Shown in pieces: positions 45,686 to 55,769 of a stretch of 64,000 nt of DNA. Both the position numbers and the translations under genes were made by a program. Below the pieces are notes generated by a model that was not told where the DNA came from, searched no databases, and saw nothing but the letters and a program-made list of their open reading frames with translations. Each line of letters begins with the position of its first letter. Position 1 is the stretch's first letter. Origin of the DNA: Spirochaetota bacterium (lineage in GTDB: Bacteria > Spirochaetota > Spirochaetia > Treponematales > UBA12059); NCBI GenBank assembly GCA_018262985.1, contig JADFDI010000002.1, positions 266,314 through 330,313 on the forward strand. Direction: 5' to 3'.

Positions 45686-48490
45686 ATGGCATTCAACCCT
45701 ATCACCGCCCTCTTCGGAACCAAGCACGAACGCGACCTCAAGGCGCTCCTCCCCATACTCCATTCCGTCAACGCGAAGGAATCCTGGGCACTCTCCCTCG
45801 GCGACGCCGACTTTCCCCGGCTGAGCGCAGAGTTCCGCTCGCGCCTGGAGAAAGGCGAAACCCTGGACGGCCTCCTGCCGGAAGCCTTCGCCCTGGCCCG
45901 CGAGGCCGCCCGCCGCGCCCTCGGCGAACGCCCCTTCGACGTGCAGATCCTCGGCGGCATCGTGCTGCACCAGGGCAAGATCGTCGAGATGAAGACGGGC
46001 GAAGGCAAGACCCTCATGTCGGTCGCGCCCATCTACCTGAACTCGCTGTCCGGCAAGGGCGTCCACGTCGTCACGGTGAACGACTACCTGGCCGAGCGCG
46101 ACAGCGCGTGGATGGGCAAGGTGTTCTCCTTCCTCGGCGCCTCGGTCGGCGTCGTCCTCTCGCGCATGGAAGGCGAGGCCCGCCGCGAGGCCTACCGCAA
46201 GGACATCACCTACGCGACGAACAACGAGCTCGGCTTCGACTACCTCCGCGACAACATGGCCTGGAGCGTCGAGGCGCGCGTACAGCGGGGACACGCCTTC
46301 TGCGTAGTCGACGAGATCGACTCCATCCTGATCGACGAGGCCCGCACGCCCCTCATCATCTCGGGTCCCGCCGAGGACGACACCTATCGCGTCTCGGAAG
46401 TCGACCGCCTGGCCGTCCAGCTCGTCGAGGTCGCCAAGAATCCGGCCACCGGCGAGTACCCGCGCGAGGAGCTCGGCGAGGAACTGGTCGGCGACTACAA
46501 GATCGACGAGAAGTCCAAGCGCGTCTCGTTCACGCCCGCGGGCCTCGACCGCATGGAGGAGCTGCTCCGCAAGCGCGGGCTCATGGAGGGCTCCCTCTTC
46601 GACGAGGGCAATTTCCAGTTCGTCCACTACTTCTCCAACGCCGTGCGCGCGCACCGGCTCTTCGAGAGAGAGACCGAGTACGTCGTCCAGGACGGCATGG
46701 TCCAGATCGTCGACGAATTCACCGGCCGCATCCTGCACGGGCGCCGCTACTCCGACGGCCTCCACGAGGCCATCGAGGCCAAGGAGCGCATCAAGGTGGC
46801 GCGCCGCAACCGGACGCTCGCCACCATCACCTTCCAGAACTACTTCCGCCTCTACGGCAAGATCGGCGGCATGACCGGCACCGCGGACACCGAGGCGCCG
46901 GAGTTCCTCAAGATCTACGAGCTCGACGTCGTGGTCATCCCGACCAACCGCCCCGTCATGCGCGAGGACGAGGACGACCTCGTCTACCTCAACGAGGCGG
47001 AGAAATTCGAGGCCATCTGCGACGAGATCGCGGAAGTCAACAAGAAGGGACAGCCCATCCTGGTCGGCACGGTCAGCATCGACAAGTCCGAGCGCCTTTC
47101 CGCCCTGCTCACGAGGCGGGGCATCCGCCACGAGGTGCTCAACGCGAAGAACCACGCCCGCGAGGCCGCCATCATCGCGGAGGCCGGCGCCAAGGGCGCG
47201 GTCACCATCGCGACCAACATGGCCGGCCGCGGCACCGACATCAAGCTCGGCGGCAATCTGGAATTCCGGGCCCGGCGAAAGGCCGGCAGCGAGGCGGACG
47301 ACGAGGCCCTCCGCCGGGCGATGGCGGAGGAGTACGAGGCCTGGCGCAAGGACTACGAGGAGGTGCGTTCGCTCGGCGGCCTCTACGTGCTCGGCACCGA
47401 GCGCCACGAGAGCCGGCGCATCGACAACCAGCTCCGCGGCCGCTCCGGCCGCCAGGGCGACCCCGGCGCCTCCTGCTTCTTCGTCTCGTTCGACGACGAC
47501 CTCATGCGCCTCTACGGCGGCGAGAACCTCAAGGGCCTGATGATGCGCGTCGGCATGAAGCCGGGCGAGCCGATCTACCACCCCATGCTCTCGCGCACGC
47601 TCGAAGGCGCCCAGCGCCGCGTCGAGGAGCGCAACTTCGAGATCCGCAAGCACCTGCTCGAGTACGACGACGTGCTCAACCAGCAGCGCAAGTACATCTA
47701 CGAGCAGCGCGACGAGATCCTCCGCGACCAGGACCTTGTCGCGCGCGTCATGGCGTCCGCCCGCGCCATGGTGGACGAGCTGCTGGAGACCTACGCCGAC
47801 GCTTCGCGCTCCGACCGGACCGCGGCCTGGGCCGCCTTGCGCGAAGCTCTCCGCGAGGAGTTCAACGTCGCCCTCCCCTTCACGCTGGAGTCGCCCGAGC
47901 TCGCCAAGGTCGAGGCCCTGCGCGAGGCCGCCTACGCCGCGCTCGAGGCCAACATCGACGAGAAGGTGGCCTACGCGGGCGCCGCGAACCTCGGCAACTT
48001 CATCCGCTACCAGTACCTGCAGTCCATCGACCAGAAGTGGCTCGACCACCTCGAGAACATGGAAGGCCTACGCGAGGCGGTGCACCTGCGCCACTACGCG
48101 CAGAAGAACCCGCTGCTCGAGTACAAGCTCGAGGGCTTCCAGATCTTCGAGACCATGATCGACGAGATCCGCACCGGGCTCGCGCGCCGCGTCTTCCTGG
48201 TCCGGGTCGGCGCGGCCGAGGAGCGGCGCGGCTCGCGAGCCGTTCCCGCCGCGGTCGCCGAGCACCGCGAATTCGGCCAGTTCGGCGGCATGAAAGCCCA
48301 GCAGACCGCCACCTCGTCCTCCCGGGCGGCTCCGGCGGCGCCCCGCCCCGCGGCCGCCCCTCGCGGTTCGCTCGCGGACCAGGCGCGCGGCGCCAACGTC
48401 ACCGTGGAGCGCCACGGCCCGAAGGTGGGCCGCAACGACCCCTGCCCCTGCGGCTCGGGCAAGAAGTACAAGCACTGCCACGGCGCGTGA
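45686..48490 (+). CDS. secA: Preprotein translocase ATPase SecA
   Basis: 934 aa. [27 protein letters not shown] (Walker A), [19 protein letters not shown] (DEAD-like), [14 protein letters not shown], and the C-terminal zinc motif [14 protein letters not shown]. Confidence 0.98.
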   Translation: MAFNPITALFGTKHERDLKALLPILHSVNAKESWALSLGDADFPRLSAEFRSRLEKGETLDGLLPEAFALAREAARRALGERPFDVQILGGIVLHQGKIVEMKTGEGKTLMSVAPIYLNSLSGKGVHVVTVNDYLAERDSAWMGKVFSFLGASVGVVLSRMEGEARREAYRKDITYATNNELGFDYLRDNMAWSVEARVQRGHAFCVVDEIDSILIDEARTPLIISGPAEDDTYRVSEVDRLAVQLVEVAKNPATGEYPREELGEELVGDYKIDEKSKRVSFTPAGLDRMEELLRKRGLMEGSLFDEGNFQFVHYFSNAVRAHRLFERETEYVVQDGMVQIVDEFTGRILHGRRYSDGLHEAIEAKERIKVARRNRTLATITFQNYFRLYGKIGGMTGTADTEAPEFLKIYELDVVVIPTNRPVMREDEDDLVYLNEAEKFEAICDEIAEVNKKGQPILVGTVSIDKSERLSALLTRRGIRHEVLNAKNHAREAAIIAEAGAKGAVTIATNMAGRGTDIKLGGNLEFRARRKAGSEADDEALRRAMAEEYEAWRKDYEEVRSLGGLYVLGTERHESRRIDNQLRGRSGRQGDPGASCFFVSFDDDLMRLYGGENLKGLMMRVGMKPGEPIYHPMLSRTLEGAQRRVEERNFEIRKHLLEYDDVLNQQRKYIYEQRDEILRDQDLVARVMASARAMVDELLETYADASRSDRTAAWAALREALREEFNVALPFTLESPELAKVEALREAAYAALEANIDEKVAYAGAANLGNFIRYQYLQSIDQKWLDHLENMEGLREAVHLRHYAQKNPLLEYKLEGFQIFETMIDEIRTGLARRVFLVRVGAAEERRGSRAVPAAVAEHREFGQFGGMKAQQTATSSSRAAPAAPRPAAAPRGSLADQARGANVTVERHGPKVGRNDPCPCGSGKKYKHCHGA

Positions 48491-48500
48491 AGGCGCGCTG

Positions 48501-49916
48501 ATGTCTCTCAACTGGAAGGAGATCGACCTCGCGCTCTCGGAGCTGGACCTCGTCGGGGCCCAGCTCCAGCGCGTGGTGCAGCCGACCTGGGACACGCTCG
48601 CGCTCTCGTTCTACAAGCCCCCGAAGGCGACAGAACTTCTGGTCTGCGTGGCCCACGGGGCGTGCCGCGTCCACGCCACGACGCGTCCGGTGCCGAAACC
48701 GGACAAACCCCTGCGCTTCCAGGAGCTGCTCCGTTCGCGCGTCAAGAACGGCCGCGTGCTCTCCGTGCGCCAGCTCGGGACCGACCGCATCGTGCTCGTC
48801 GAAATCCGCGCGGGCAACGAGCTGTTCAGGCTCTACGCGCGGCTCTGGTCCGGGGCCGGGAACGTCATCCTCTGCGACTCGGACGGCGCCATCGTGGACG
48901 CCATGGCGCGCAAGCCGGCGAAGGGCGAGACCGCCGGCGGCGTCTACCGCCCGGAAGAGGCCGCCGCGGCCTCGAAGGGCCCCCCGCGCGAGTTCACCGT
49001 GCGCGAGCTGCCCGGCGAGGGATCCTTCAACGAGCGCGTCGACGCCTGGTACGCCGAGCGCGCGGGAGCGCATTCGCGCGAGGCGCTGGCCGGCCGCATC
49101 GCGGATTGGTACTCCGGCCACCGCGCCGCCATCGAGGGAAGGCTCGCCGAACTCGAAAAGCGCGCGGAAGCCTACGCGGATCCGGAGCGCTACCGCGAGC
49201 TCGGCGACATCCTCATGGCGGCCCTCGGCTCGGACACGGGCTCGGGCTACGTCGAGTTCGACGACTTCCACCGCGGGGGCGTGGTGCGCATCGCCGTCGA
49301 TCCGGCGAAATCCGCCCTGGAGAACGCGCGCGCGTACTACGATCGGCACCGCAAGGCCGTTTCGGGAGCCGGAGAGGTAGCAGCGGAGATCGAGGCGGCC
49401 AGGCGCAGCCTCGAGGAGCTCGAACTCGAACGGGCGCGCCTCGAGGCCGAGGAGAATCCCTTCGAGTCGCGCGCCGAGCTCGAGCGCCTGCGCGTGGCCG
49501 GGTCCGAGAAGCCTCGGGCGAGCCCCGGGCTTTCGCTCGTGCGGAACGGCTGGACCCTGCTGGTCGGCCGCTCCGCCAAGGAGAACGACGAGCTTCTCCG
49601 TCGCCACGTCCGCGGCAACGACGCGTGGCTCCACGCCCGCGACTGGTCCGGCGCCTACGTATTCGTCAAGGCTCGTCCCGGCAAGAGCTTCCCGCTCGAG
49701 CTGCTGCTCGACGCGGCGGCGCTCGCGCTCTACTACTCGAAGGGAAGGACGGCCGGCTCCGGCGACGTCTACTGGACCTTCGTCAAATACCTGCGGCGCG
49801 CCAAGGAAGGCCCGAAGGGCCTCGTCATCCCGATGCAGGAGAAGAACCTCCGCGCCACGCTCGACGAGGCGCGGCTCCGCGAGCTCAAGGCGCTGATCGG
49901 ACGCGACCCGTCCTGA
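48501..49916 (+). CDS. NFACT-family protein (RqcH / FbpA-like, DUF814)
   Basis: 471 aa. NFACT-N start (MSLNWKEIDLALSELDLVGAQLQRVVQP...), coiled-coil middle, and an NFACT-R/DUF814 block (GWTLLVGRSAKENDELLRRHVRGNDAWLHARDWSGAYVFVKA). Confidence 0.8.
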   Translation: MSLNWKEIDLALSELDLVGAQLQRVVQPTWDTLALSFYKPPKATELLVCVAHGACRVHATTRPVPKPDKPLRFQELLRSRVKNGRVLSVRQLGTDRIVLVEIRAGNELFRLYARLWSGAGNVILCDSDGAIVDAMARKPAKGETAGGVYRPEEAAAASKGPPREFTVRELPGEGSFNERVDAWYAERAGAHSREALAGRIADWYSGHRAAIEGRLAELEKRAEAYADPERYRELGDILMAALGSDTGSGYVEFDDFHRGGVVRIAVDPAKSALENARAYYDRHRKAVSGAGEVAAEIEAARRSLEELELERARLEAEENPFESRAELERLRVAGSEKPRASPGLSLVRNGWTLLVGRSAKENDELLRRHVRGNDAWLHARDWSGAYVFVKARPGKSFPLELLLDAAALALYYSKGRTAGSGDVYWTFVKYLRRAKEGPKGLVIPMQEKNLRATLDEARLRELKALIGRDPS

Positions 49917-50024
49917 GCGGGCCGTCGGCGGGCGAGGCGGCGCGCAGAACCGCGGGGCGCGGCCGCCGGGCAAGCGGGTTCCGCGAAAGGGGGGCCGCCT
50001 GCCGGACCGCCAGAGCCGCGATCC

Positions 50025-52550
50025 TCAGCTCCCGGCGCCGACCGGCTCCGCGTCAGGCTTCCTTCCCCGAGGCTTCGGCCTGACGACGAACGCCTCGCCC
50101 TTCCAGTCCACCGTCACGGTCGAGCCGGGCGGGCACTTGCCCGCGATTATGGCGTCGGCGAGCGGATCCTCGATCTCGCGGGTTATGAGGCGCCGCATGG
50201 GCCGGGCGCCGTAGGCCGGCTCGTAGCCCTTCTCGACCAGGCGTTCGCGGGCGGCGGGCTTCAGCTCGAGGGCGATGCCCTTCGCCGCGAGGCGGCGCTC
50301 CAGCTCGGTGAGCATGAGGGTGAGGACCTTCGAGACCTCGTCGCGGCCGAGCGGGTGGAAGACCACCACCTCGTCGACCCGGTTGACGAACTCCGGCCGG
50401 AACTGGCGCTTGAGCTCCGAGAGCGCCGCCTCGCGCACGGCCTGAAGATCGAAGCGCGCGTCCTCGGCGCGGAAGCCGAGCGAGGCGCCGCGCGCGATGT
50501 CGCGGGTGCCCGCGTTGCTCGTCATCACCACCACCGCGTTCCGGAACGAAACCGTGTGCCCGAGGTTGTCGCGGAGCTCGCCCTCCTCGAGCAGCTGGAG
50601 CAGCAGGTTGAACACGTCCGGGTGGGCCTTCTCGATCTCGTCGAAGAGGATGACGCTGTAGGGCCGCCTGCGGACCTTCTCGGTGAGCATGCCGCCCTGG
50701 TCGTAGCCGACGTAGCCCGGCGGCGCGCCGACCAGGCGCGACGCGTTGTGCTTTTCCATGAAGTCCGACATGTCCACCCGGATCAGCGCTTCCTCGCTCC
50801 CGAACAGGTACTCCGCCAGGGTCTTGGCCACCAGGGTCTTGCCGACGCCGGTGGGACCGAGGAAGACGAAGCTGCCGAGCGGACGCCGCTCGTCGGCGAT
50901 GCCGGCGCGCGAGCGCCGGACCGAGGCCGCGACCGCCCTTATGGCGTCGTCCTGCCCGATCACCCGGCGGTGCAGTTCCTCCTCGAGTCCAAGCAAGCGC
51001 GCGGACTCGTTCTCGCCGAGGCGCGCCACCGGGATGCCGGTGGCGTCCGACACCACCTCGCGCACGTCCTGCTCGGTGACGAGCCCGCGCATGCGACCGC
51101 GGTCGCTCTCCCAGGCCGAGCGGATGGTCTCGAGCCGCTCCTTGAGCCGGCGCACGCGATCCCGCACCTCGGCGGCCTTCTCGTAGTTCTGGGTGGAAAC
51201 CAGCGCGAGCTTCTCCTCTGTCAGCTTGGCGATCTCCCCCTCGACCTCCGGCAGCTCGGGCGGTCGCGACGGGTCCTCGATGCGCCGCTTGGCGCCTGCC
51301 TCGTCCATCAGGTCGATGGCCTTGTCCGGCAGGAAGCGGTCGGCGAGGTAGCGGCGCGATAGCCCGACCGCCGCCTCGATCGCGTCGCGCCCGTACGCCA
51401 CACCGTGGTAGTCCTCGTAGCGCCCCTTGATGCCGAGCAGGATCTCGACCGCCTGCTCGGCGTCGGGCTCCTCGACCAGGACGAGCTGGAAGCGCCGCTC
51501 GAGGGCGGCGTCCTTCTCGAAGTACTTGCGGTACTCGGCGAGCGTCGTGGCGCCGATGCACTGGATCTCGCCGCGCGACAGCGCGGGCTTCAGCATGTTG
51601 GATGCGTCGATCGTGCCTTCCGCCGAGCCCGCCCCGATGACGGTGTGGAGCTCGTCGATGAAGAGCACGACGTCGCCCGCCTGGGCGATCTCCTTCATGA
51701 TGCGCTTGAGGCGCTCCTCGAACTCGCCGCGGTACTTGGTGCCGGCCACCACGCTGGCGATGTCGAGCGAGAGGATGCGCTTGCCCCCGAGCTGGTCGGG
51801 CACCTCGCCGGAGGCGATGCGGAGCGCCAGCCCCTCGACGATCGCGGTCTTGCCCACGCCGGGCTCGCCCACCAGGACGGGGTTGTTCTTGGTCCTGCGG
51901 GAAAGTATCCGCACCACCCGGCGGATCTCGGCTTCCCGGCCTATCACCGGATCGATGCGCCCGGAGCGGGCCAGCGCGGTCAGGTCGCGCGAATACTCGT
52001 CCAGGACGGGCGTCCGCGCCTGCGGCGCGGCCATGCGGGGCCGGGGGACGCTCGCCTCGCGCGGCGCGTCCCGATCGGGCCGCGCCCCTTCGGGGGCGTT
52101 CTCCGAGCGCTCCCCGGCGCCGATCAGCCGAATCGCGGCGCGCAGCTGCTCGTAGAATACGCCGCGCTCCTCGAGGAAGCGCTCGAAGGTCGAGCCGGCC
52201 TCGCGGGCCGCCGCGACGACCAGGTGCTCCGTTCCGATGTACTCGCTGCCGGCCAGGTGGGCTTCCTCGGCCGCGGTCTCGAGCAGAGACTTCAGCCTGC
52301 GCGAGAGCGGGACGTCGCCGAGCACGAATCCGCTCCTGCGGCCGCCCGCGCCGCGTTCCAGCTCGGCGCGAAGCTCGGCCGGATCGATCTTGAGCGCGCG
52401 GATCGCCTTGGCTCCGAAACCCTCGGCGTCGCGGATTATGGCCGCGAGGACGTGCTCCGGCAGAAGCTGGTCGGCGTGCGAACGCTTGGCCTCCTCCTGG
52501 GCGATGACCGAGAGGACGCGCTGCGCGCGCTGGGTGAGTCCTTTAAACAC
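50025..52550 (-). CDS. clpC: Clp/Hsp100 ATPase ClpC
   Basis: 841 aa. Duplicated Clp-N repeats, Walker A motifs GEPGVGKTA and GPTGVGKTL, a UVR-like linker ([36 protein letters not shown]) and an LGF tripeptide in D2 for ClpP docking. Confidence 0.95.
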   Translation of the reverse strand: MFKGLTQRAQRVLSVIAQEEAKRSHADQLLPEHVLAAIIRDAEGFGAKAIRALKIDPAELRAELERGAGGRRSGFVLGDVPLSRRLKSLLETAAEEAHLAGSEYIGTEHLVVAAAREAGSTFERFLEERGVFYEQLRAAIRLIGAGERSENAPEGARPDRDAPREASVPRPRMAAPQARTPVLDEYSRDLTALARSGRIDPVIGREAEIRRVVRILSRRTKNNPVLVGEPGVGKTAIVEGLALRIASGEVPDQLGGKRILSLDIASVVAGTKYRGEFEERLKRIMKEIAQAGDVVLFIDELHTVIGAGSAEGTIDASNMLKPALSRGEIQCIGATTLAEYRKYFEKDAALERRFQLVLVEEPDAEQAVEILLGIKGRYEDYHGVAYGRDAIEAAVGLSRRYLADRFLPDKAIDLMDEAGAKRRIEDPSRPPELPEVEGEIAKLTEEKLALVSTQNYEKAAEVRDRVRRLKERLETIRSAWESDRGRMRGLVTEQDVREVVSDATGIPVARLGENESARLLGLEEELHRRVIGQDDAIRAVAASVRRSRAGIADERRPLGSFVFLGPTGVGKTLVAKTLAEYLFGSEEALIRVDMSDFMEKHNASRLVGAPPGYVGYDQGGMLTEKVRRRPYSVILFDEIEKAHPDVFNLLLQLLEEGELRDNLGHTVSFRNAVVVMTSNAGTRDIARGASLGFRAEDARFDLQAVREAALSELKRQFRPEFVNRVDEVVVFHPLGRDEVSKVLTLMLTELERRLAAKGIALELKPAARERLVEKGYEPAYGARPMRRLITREIEDPLADAIIAGKCPPGSTVTVDWKGEAFVVRPKPRGRKPDAEPVGAGS

Positions 52551-53595
52551 CGTGCCACTCCTGTGCGAGCGAGACTCCCTCGAGCGCGGCCGCGAACGCG
52601 AGGGCGCGCCTTCGTGCCTCGCTCCGGTCGGGGGCGATTCCGGAAAGCGACAGCCCGGAGTCCGTGAGACCGCGGAGCGCGTTCGCGAAACGGCCCGGCC
52701 CCATGCCCGACACCAGCCCGAGCTCGTCGCCGAGCCTGAGGAAGGAGGCGGCCTCCATGGCCTCTTCCGCGCGCATGGTCCGGGCGTAACGGGACAGCCC
52801 GAACGCGCGCGACACCGCGTCCTCCAGCCCGAGCCGGTCGCGCTTTCCGAGCTGCTTTCGGGCCGTTCGTTCGGCCCCGGCGAGCTTGTCGCAGATCCCG
52901 CGGAGCCGTCCGGCGGCCGTCGAGGTCGTGATCTCCGGCGGACAGCGATAGGCCACGGTCCACACGGAGGCGGTGGAGGTTCCCGCCTCCGGGCTCTGTC
53001 CGATTATCTCCATGCCCGCGGCGAGCGCTTCATGGAACTCGCGTTCGACGGCGAGCGTCATCGCGAGGGCCGGCAGGTGCAGGCTGACGGAGAGTACGAG
53101 GCCGTGGCCGATTCCGGCCGGATCGGGGCCGAGGAATCCGTAACGGCGGTCGAAGGACCAGCGGAGCGATGCCGAGAGTTCGCCCTCCAGTTCCTCCAGG
53201 GTCGCGAGGACGCCTTCCGGGTCGAGCCCGGGCAGCTCGCAGCGGACGCGGACGTGATCCGTCTCGTTCGAGGTGATCCAGGCGCCCTGCGCGGCGCGCC
53301 AGCCTATCCAGCCGCCGGGGTCGTGGGAATACGAATCCGAGATGGCGTCCCGCTCCGCGAGGACCCGCCTCAAGCCGGTGTCGAGCAGGGAAAGGGGCGA
53401 AGCTTCCGCTCCGTCCGACCGGGACCAGGCGGATTCGACGAGGGACGCCGCCCGCGCGCGCGTCGCTTCGTCGGCGCGCCAGGCGAAGGGTTGACCTTCG
53501 AGGTTGCGGGCGAGCAGGCCGGCGCTGCGAACCGCCACGTCGCCCGATGGCGCGTCGTCGGGAACGGAGCCCCCCCTCGCGAGGAAATCGCTCAC
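52543..53595 (-). CDS. mcsB: McsB-like ATP:guanido phosphotransferase family protein (protein arginine kinase homologue, divergent active site)
   Basis: 350 aa. It overlaps clpC by 8 nt and mcsA by 4 nt. Family landmarks are LLARNLEGQPF, SNETDHVRVRC and SVSLHLPALA. The CP-x-[ST]-N-[ILV]-GT signature is not recognisable (see findings). Confidence 0.75.
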   Translation of the reverse strand: MSDFLARGGSVPDDAPSGDVAVRSAGLLARNLEGQPFAWRADEATRARAASLVESAWSRSDGAEASPLSLLDTGLRRVLAERDAISDSYSHDPGGWIGWRAAQGAWITSNETDHVRVRCELPGLDPEGVLATLEELEGELSASLRWSFDRRYGFLGPDPAGIGHGLVLSVSLHLPALAMTLAVEREFHEALAAGMEIIGQSPEAGTSTASVWTVAYRCPPEITTSTAAGRLRGICDKLAGAERTARKQLGKRDRLGLEDAVSRAFGLSRYARTMRAEEAMEAASFLRLGDELGLVSGMGPGRFANALRGLTDSGLSLSGIAPDRSEARRRALAFAAALEGVSLAQEWHGV

Positions 53596-53942
53596 CGGGT
53601 GCTCCCCCGGATTCTATCCCTTCCGTGGACGAACGCCGGGCGCTTGGCGAGGGACGGAAGGGTTTCCGCGAAGGCGGCGACGCAGAGCGGGCAGCCGAAG
53701 CGTCCTTCGCGGCGGAACTCGTCGAAGCCGAGCCCGCAACCCGGGCACGACCGGGCGGACGCGCCTGGCGCGGGATCCGCCGCGACGAAAAGCGCGTCGA
53801 GGTCAATGCGGAGCACTCCGCCCGTCCCCGACACGCCGCGACGGGCGGCGCAGGCCGCGCAGAGGCGGAGCCGGGAAGGCGGGGCGCCAGCCTGAGCGAT
53901 GAGGATGGAGGCCTCGTCCGTGCCGCAGTCGTCGCAACGCAT
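53592..53942 (-). CDS. mcsA: McsA-like zinc-finger protein (short form)
   Basis: 116 aa with four CxxC pairs (CDDC, CAAC, CPGC...FGCPLC). The second finger, CPGCGLGFDEFRREGRFGCPLCVAAF, matches the McsA pattern. It sits directly upstream of mcsB-clpC. Confidence 0.7.
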   Translation of the reverse strand: MRCDDCGTDEASILIAQAGAPPSRLRLCAACAARRGVSGTGGVLRIDLDALFVAADPAPGASARSCPGCGLGFDEFRREGRFGCPLCVAAFAETLPSLAKRPAFVHGRDRIRGSTR

Positions 53943-53948
53943 GGTTCG

Positions 53949-53977
53949 ACTATAACCAATGCGCTGGAAAAAGTGTA
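53949..53977 (-). promoter_or_regulatory. Weak candidate promoter abutting the mcsA ATG (leaderless geometry)
   Basis: Minus strand reads TACACT (53977-53972), N17, TATAGT (53954-53949), N6 (CGAACC), ATG 53942. The -35 is poor. Confidence 0.3.
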
Positions 53978-53992
53978 GGAGCGCGGGGTATA

Positions 53993-55036
53993 GTGGACCC
54001 GCACGCGAAACGCGAAGCAGAGGAGTCCGCCACGAAACGCCATCTCGCCGCTACCGTCGCCGCCTTCCTTCTATTCCTGGTATCCGCCATACCCGCCGCA
54101 GCGCTCGGCGGCCGCGAAGCGGCAGGCTCCGAACCGATCACCATCCGGGCCGCGGTGCTCAAGGGTCCGAGCGGGGTCTCGCTCGTCCGCTTGCTCGACG
54201 GCCCCGCCGTCCTTCCCGGAAACGCGACCCTCGAGACGGTCGTCGTTCCCAACACCGACGTCATGGTGGCCCGCCTGCTCTCCGGGGAGCTCGACGCGGC
54301 CGTGCTGCCGCCCAACCTCGCCGTCAATCTTTACAACGCCGGCATGGATTTCAGGCTGGGCGCCGTCGTCGGGTTCGGCATGAACTCCGTGATCGCCGCG
54401 GACCCTTCGATCGCCTCGATCCGCGACCTCGCCGGCCGCGTCGTCCAGGTCGCGGGCCAGGGCGCCACGCCGGAGTACGTGCTCCGCGCCCTGCTCGCCA
54501 AGGAAGGCCTCGAGCCCGGGAAGGACCTCACGCTCTCGTTCTCGATGCCGGTGCCCGAGATCGCCGCCAGCCTCGTCGCGGGCCGCATACCGCTCGCGGT
54601 GCTGCCGGAGCCCTTCGCCACCCAGGCGCTGGCCGGGAACCCCGCCCTCTCCCGCGCCTTCACGCTCGAACCCGCCTGGCGCGAGGCGACCGGCTCGGGC
54701 GACTATCCCATGACCGTGCTCGTCGTCCGCGGAACCCTCGTCGATTCGCGACCCGCCGCCGTCTCGGCCCTCCTGGACGCGTGCAAGGCCTCGGTCGAGT
54801 TCGTGGTCGCCGACCCCGCGGCCGCGGGCGCCCTGGTGGAACAGCGCGAGCTCGGCCTCAAGGCGGCCATCGCGGCCAAGGCCATTCCGGCCTCGAACTA
54901 CCGCTATCTCGCCCCCGGCGCGGCCCGTCCGGCGCTCGAAACCCTGTTCCGCGTCTTCCTCGAGTACGCGCCGGACTCGATCGGCGGCCGCCTGCCCGCC
55001 GAGGGCTTCTGGCGGGGCGATGCGCGCGAGAAGTGA
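53993..55036 (+). CDS. ABC transporter periplasmic substrate-binding protein (NitT/TauT, NMT1-like family)
   Basis: 347 aa with a GTG start. Signal peptide (HLAATVAAFLLFLVSAIPAAALG) and a type-2 PBP fold pattern. It is followed by the cognate permease and ATPase. Confidence 0.8.
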   Translation: MDPHAKREAEESATKRHLAATVAAFLLFLVSAIPAAALGGREAAGSEPITIRAAVLKGPSGVSLVRLLDGPAVLPGNATLETVVVPNTDVMVARLLSGELDAAVLPPNLAVNLYNAGMDFRLGAVVGFGMNSVIAADPSIASIRDLAGRVVQVAGQGATPEYVLRALLAKEGLEPGKDLTLSFSMPVPEIAASLVAGRIPLAVLPEPFATQALAGNPALSRAFTLEPAWREATGSGDYPMTVLVVRGTLVDSRPAAVSALLDACKASVEFVVADPAAAGALVEQRELGLKAAIAAKAIPASNYRYLAPGAARPALETLFRVFLEYAPDSIGGRLPAEGFWRGDAREK

Positions 55037-55769
55037 GCGGCTCGCCGCGCTCGCCGGCGCGGCGACCTTGCTCGCGCTCTGGAAGCTCGCCTCGCTCGGC
55101 ATCGGCAAGGACATAATCCTGCCGCCGCCCGAGCGGGTGCTGGCCCGGGCGGCCGCGCTGCTGGCCTCGCCGGACTTCCTGGCGGCGCTTCTCGCCACGC
55201 TGGCGCGCGGCCTCGCCGCCTTCGCCCTCTCGATGTTGGCGGGCGCCGCGATCGGCGCGGCCTGCGGCGCGAGTCCGCGCTTCGAAGCCTTCGTCTCGCC
55301 CCTCCTCTCGACCATCAGGGCCATGCCCGTCATCGCCCTGATCCTGCTGTTCCTATTCTGGTTCGGAGTCGGAACCGTGCCGGTCTTCGCCGCCTTCCTC
55401 ATGGCCTTCCCGGTGGTCGCGGCCCAGGTGGCCGAAGGCTGGCGCGCCACCGATCCGAGGCTGCTGGAGATGGCGGCGCTTTTCCGGCTCGAACGGCGCG
55501 GAGTCCTGCTCGGCATCCGGTTGCCCTCGATGACCGGGCACCTGGCCGCCGCTGCCCAGTCCGCGATCGGCCTTTCGTGGAAGGTGGTGATCGCGGGCGA
55601 GGTGCTCAGCCAGCCCGCGCGCGCCCTCGGGTCGGGGCTCCAGGAGCGTCGCCTCATGCTGGACACCTCGGGCGTCTTCGCCTGGGCCGCGGCCGGCATC
55701 GTCCTGTGCGCCTCGAGCGACGCGCTGTTCCGCGCGGCCAGGCGGAGCCTGGCTCGACATGGGCTATAG
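55020..55769 (+). CDS. ABC transporter permease (NitT/TauT family)
   Basis: 249 aa with six hydrophobic helices. EAA-type loop region EMAALFRLERRGVLLGIRLPSMTGHLAAAAQSAIGLSWKVVIAGEVL. Confidence 0.85.
   Translation: MRARSERLAALAGAATLLALWKLASLGIGKDIILPPPERVLARAAALLASPDFLAALLATLARGLAAFALSMLAGAAIGAACGASPRFEAFVSPLLSTIRAMPVIALILLFLFWFGVGTVPVFAAFLMAFPVVAAQVAEGWRATDPRLLEMAALFRLERRGVLLGIRLPSMTGHLAAAAQSAIGLSWKVVIAGEVLSQPARALGSGLQERRLMLDTSGVFAWAAAGIVLCASSDALFRAARRSLARHGL

Noticed and set aside
45602-48049. 815-aa minus-strand ORF antisense to secA. Similar giant antisense or alternative-frame ORFs occur at 5937..7748, 25412..28117, 37543..39606, 46108..48501 and 48399..49973.
   Set aside because: Each overlaps a well-supported conserved gene (secA, rpoD, cca/dipeptidase, lon, rqcH-like). 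Each translates to Arg/Gly/Ala/Pro-rich sequence without recognisable domains. They are a GC-composition artefact.
53943-53992. TPP riboswitch upstream of the NMT1/THI5-like ABC substrate-binding protein, and a CtsR operator upstream of mcsA
   Set aside because: The intergenic region is only 50 nt. It contains no CTGAGA/ACCTGA THI-box elements and no GGTCAAA heptad repeats.
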